From the NCBI RefSeq assembly GCF_024521635.1, contig NW_026250408.1, forward strand, positions 868,001 to 932,000: DNA of 64,000 bases, given 5' to 3'. The translations under genes and the position numbers were made by a program. The notes beneath the pieces are model-generated. The model was not told the origin of the DNA, did no database searches, and saw only the letters and a program-made list of their open reading frames with translations. Shown here one piece after another: positions 62,801 to 64,000 of the stretch. The DNA is from Tricharina praecox (Eukaryota). Each line of letters starts with the position of its first letter. Positions within the stretch are counted from its first letter, which is position 1.

Positions 62801-64000
62801 TGGGGGATCTCGAGACCGCGGCGATCCGCATAGTCGCCGCGATCGATCCGGCTAGCGAGACCGCGCAGAAATGGATTCCGCTCCTGAAGGCCCTGTCGCA
62901 GATGCATGGTGTGCACCTCAAGATGTTCCTTAACCCCGCGAAGACTATCAATGAGTTGCCCGTGAAACGGTTCTATCGCCATGTGTTCAACTCGAAGCCG
63001 GAGTTCGATGCTGCTGGGCAAGTGGTATTCCGAATCCGTGGGGGCAATATGATATGCTAACGTGCTTCCAGACAACTCACCGGTCCACGTGCCCGGTTCG
63101 AAAATATTCCCCAGGAGCCATTGCTGTCGCTGTCGATGGATGTGCCGCCGTCATGGCTCGTCACTCCGAAAGAGTCCGTCCACGATCTCGACAACCTCAA
63201 GCTGGCATCGCTTAAGGAGCGACTACGCGGCGGCGACATCGAAGCGACCTACGAGCTGGAGAACATCCTGATCGAAGGGCACTCGCGTGACGCCCAGGGG
63301 CAGCCACCACGCGGCGCGCAGCTCGTGCTGGGAACCGAGAAGGAACCGCACTTCGCCGACACCATCATCATGGCGAACCTCGGGTACTTCCAGTTCAAAG
63401 CCAACCCGGGAATGTGGAACATGCGGCTCAAGGAGGGCCGGTCGAGGGAGATCTTCAAGATCGACAGCTTCGGTTCTAAGGGAGCGGCTGGCGAGGACTC
63501 CGATATCGCACTCATGAGCTTCCAGGGCGCCACGCTGTTCCCGAAGATGTCGAGGAACCCGGGCATGGAGGACGAGGATGTGCTCGAACCGCCGACCGCT
63601 AAGGGACCCGTCGATACCGCGAAGAAGTGGTTCAGTGGAATCCTGCATTCGGCAACCACCACCGACGTGGTCGAAACTAAGCCGCAGGCCGACATCAATA
63701 TCTTCTCTGTTGCTAGTGGACATCTTTACGAGCGCTTCCTGGGGATCATGATGCTCAGCGTCATGAAGAATACGAACCACACAGTCAAGTTCTGGTTCAT
63801 TGAGAACTTCCTCTCGCCATCGTTCAAGGTCCGTTTACACCCACCCCCTCCCTTCATTTCCTCTGTTAACAAAAACTAGGATTTCATTCCGATAATGGCC
63901 AAAGAATACAACTTCCAATACGAGCTAGTAACGTACAAATGGCCGCACTGGCTACGCCCCCAGACCGAAAAACAGCGCGAGATCTGGGGGTACAAGATCC
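59873..64000 (+). CDS. gpt1: UDP-glucose:glycoprotein glucosyltransferase (UGGT; Gpt1/Kre5 family), truncated by the window end; introns 60052-60113, 63018-63071 (GC-AG), 63829-63879
   Basis: It has a signal peptide and the motifs [62 protein letters not shown] and the GT24 domain [15 protein letters not shown]...[18 protein letters not shown]...[22 protein letters not shown]. Confidence 0.96.

Noticed and set aside
61117..63075. 652-aa minus-strand ORF
   Set aside because: It is an antisense shadow of UGGT caused by GC3 codon bias and has no recognisable motifs.
1..64000. tRNA, rRNA or snRNA genes
   Set aside because: No cloverleaf or conserved RNA signature was seen by eye. tRNAscan-SE or Infernal would be needed to exclude them.

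Overview
Eukaryotic DNA from a filamentous ascomycete. The evidence is short GT-AG introns with CTRAC branch points and fungal-type genes; Pezizomycetes is only an impression. Recognisable genes are a 4-exon Grainyhead/CP2 transcription factor (10622-13384), mitochondrial ribosomal protein mL44/MRPL3 (14148-15218), a 4-exon class I SAM methyltransferase (20580-21531) and UDP-glucose:glycoprotein glucosyltransferase (59873 to beyond the window end). Four genes have no known function: a small signal-peptide/poly-Gly/TM protein, a 3-exon protein ending in three 12-aa repeats, an 851-aa protein (two listed ORFs joined by an intron) rich in S/TPKK and KEN motifs, and an acidic disordered protein. 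The 15.4-25.4 kb region is the most unusual. Two diverged, inverted, inward-facing copies of an unknown modular exon/intron element bracket the methyltransferase. Each arm carries different TE debris (copia 3' end with LTR, gypsy-like 5' LTR/PBS/gag, an intron-containing Helitron 3' end, a perfect foldback MITE), and a hAT remnant lies between the arms. Very long microsatellite-rich non-coding tracts (0-10.6, 27-36, 37.5-52 kb) fill the rest. All gene models were built by eye and no database searches were run.
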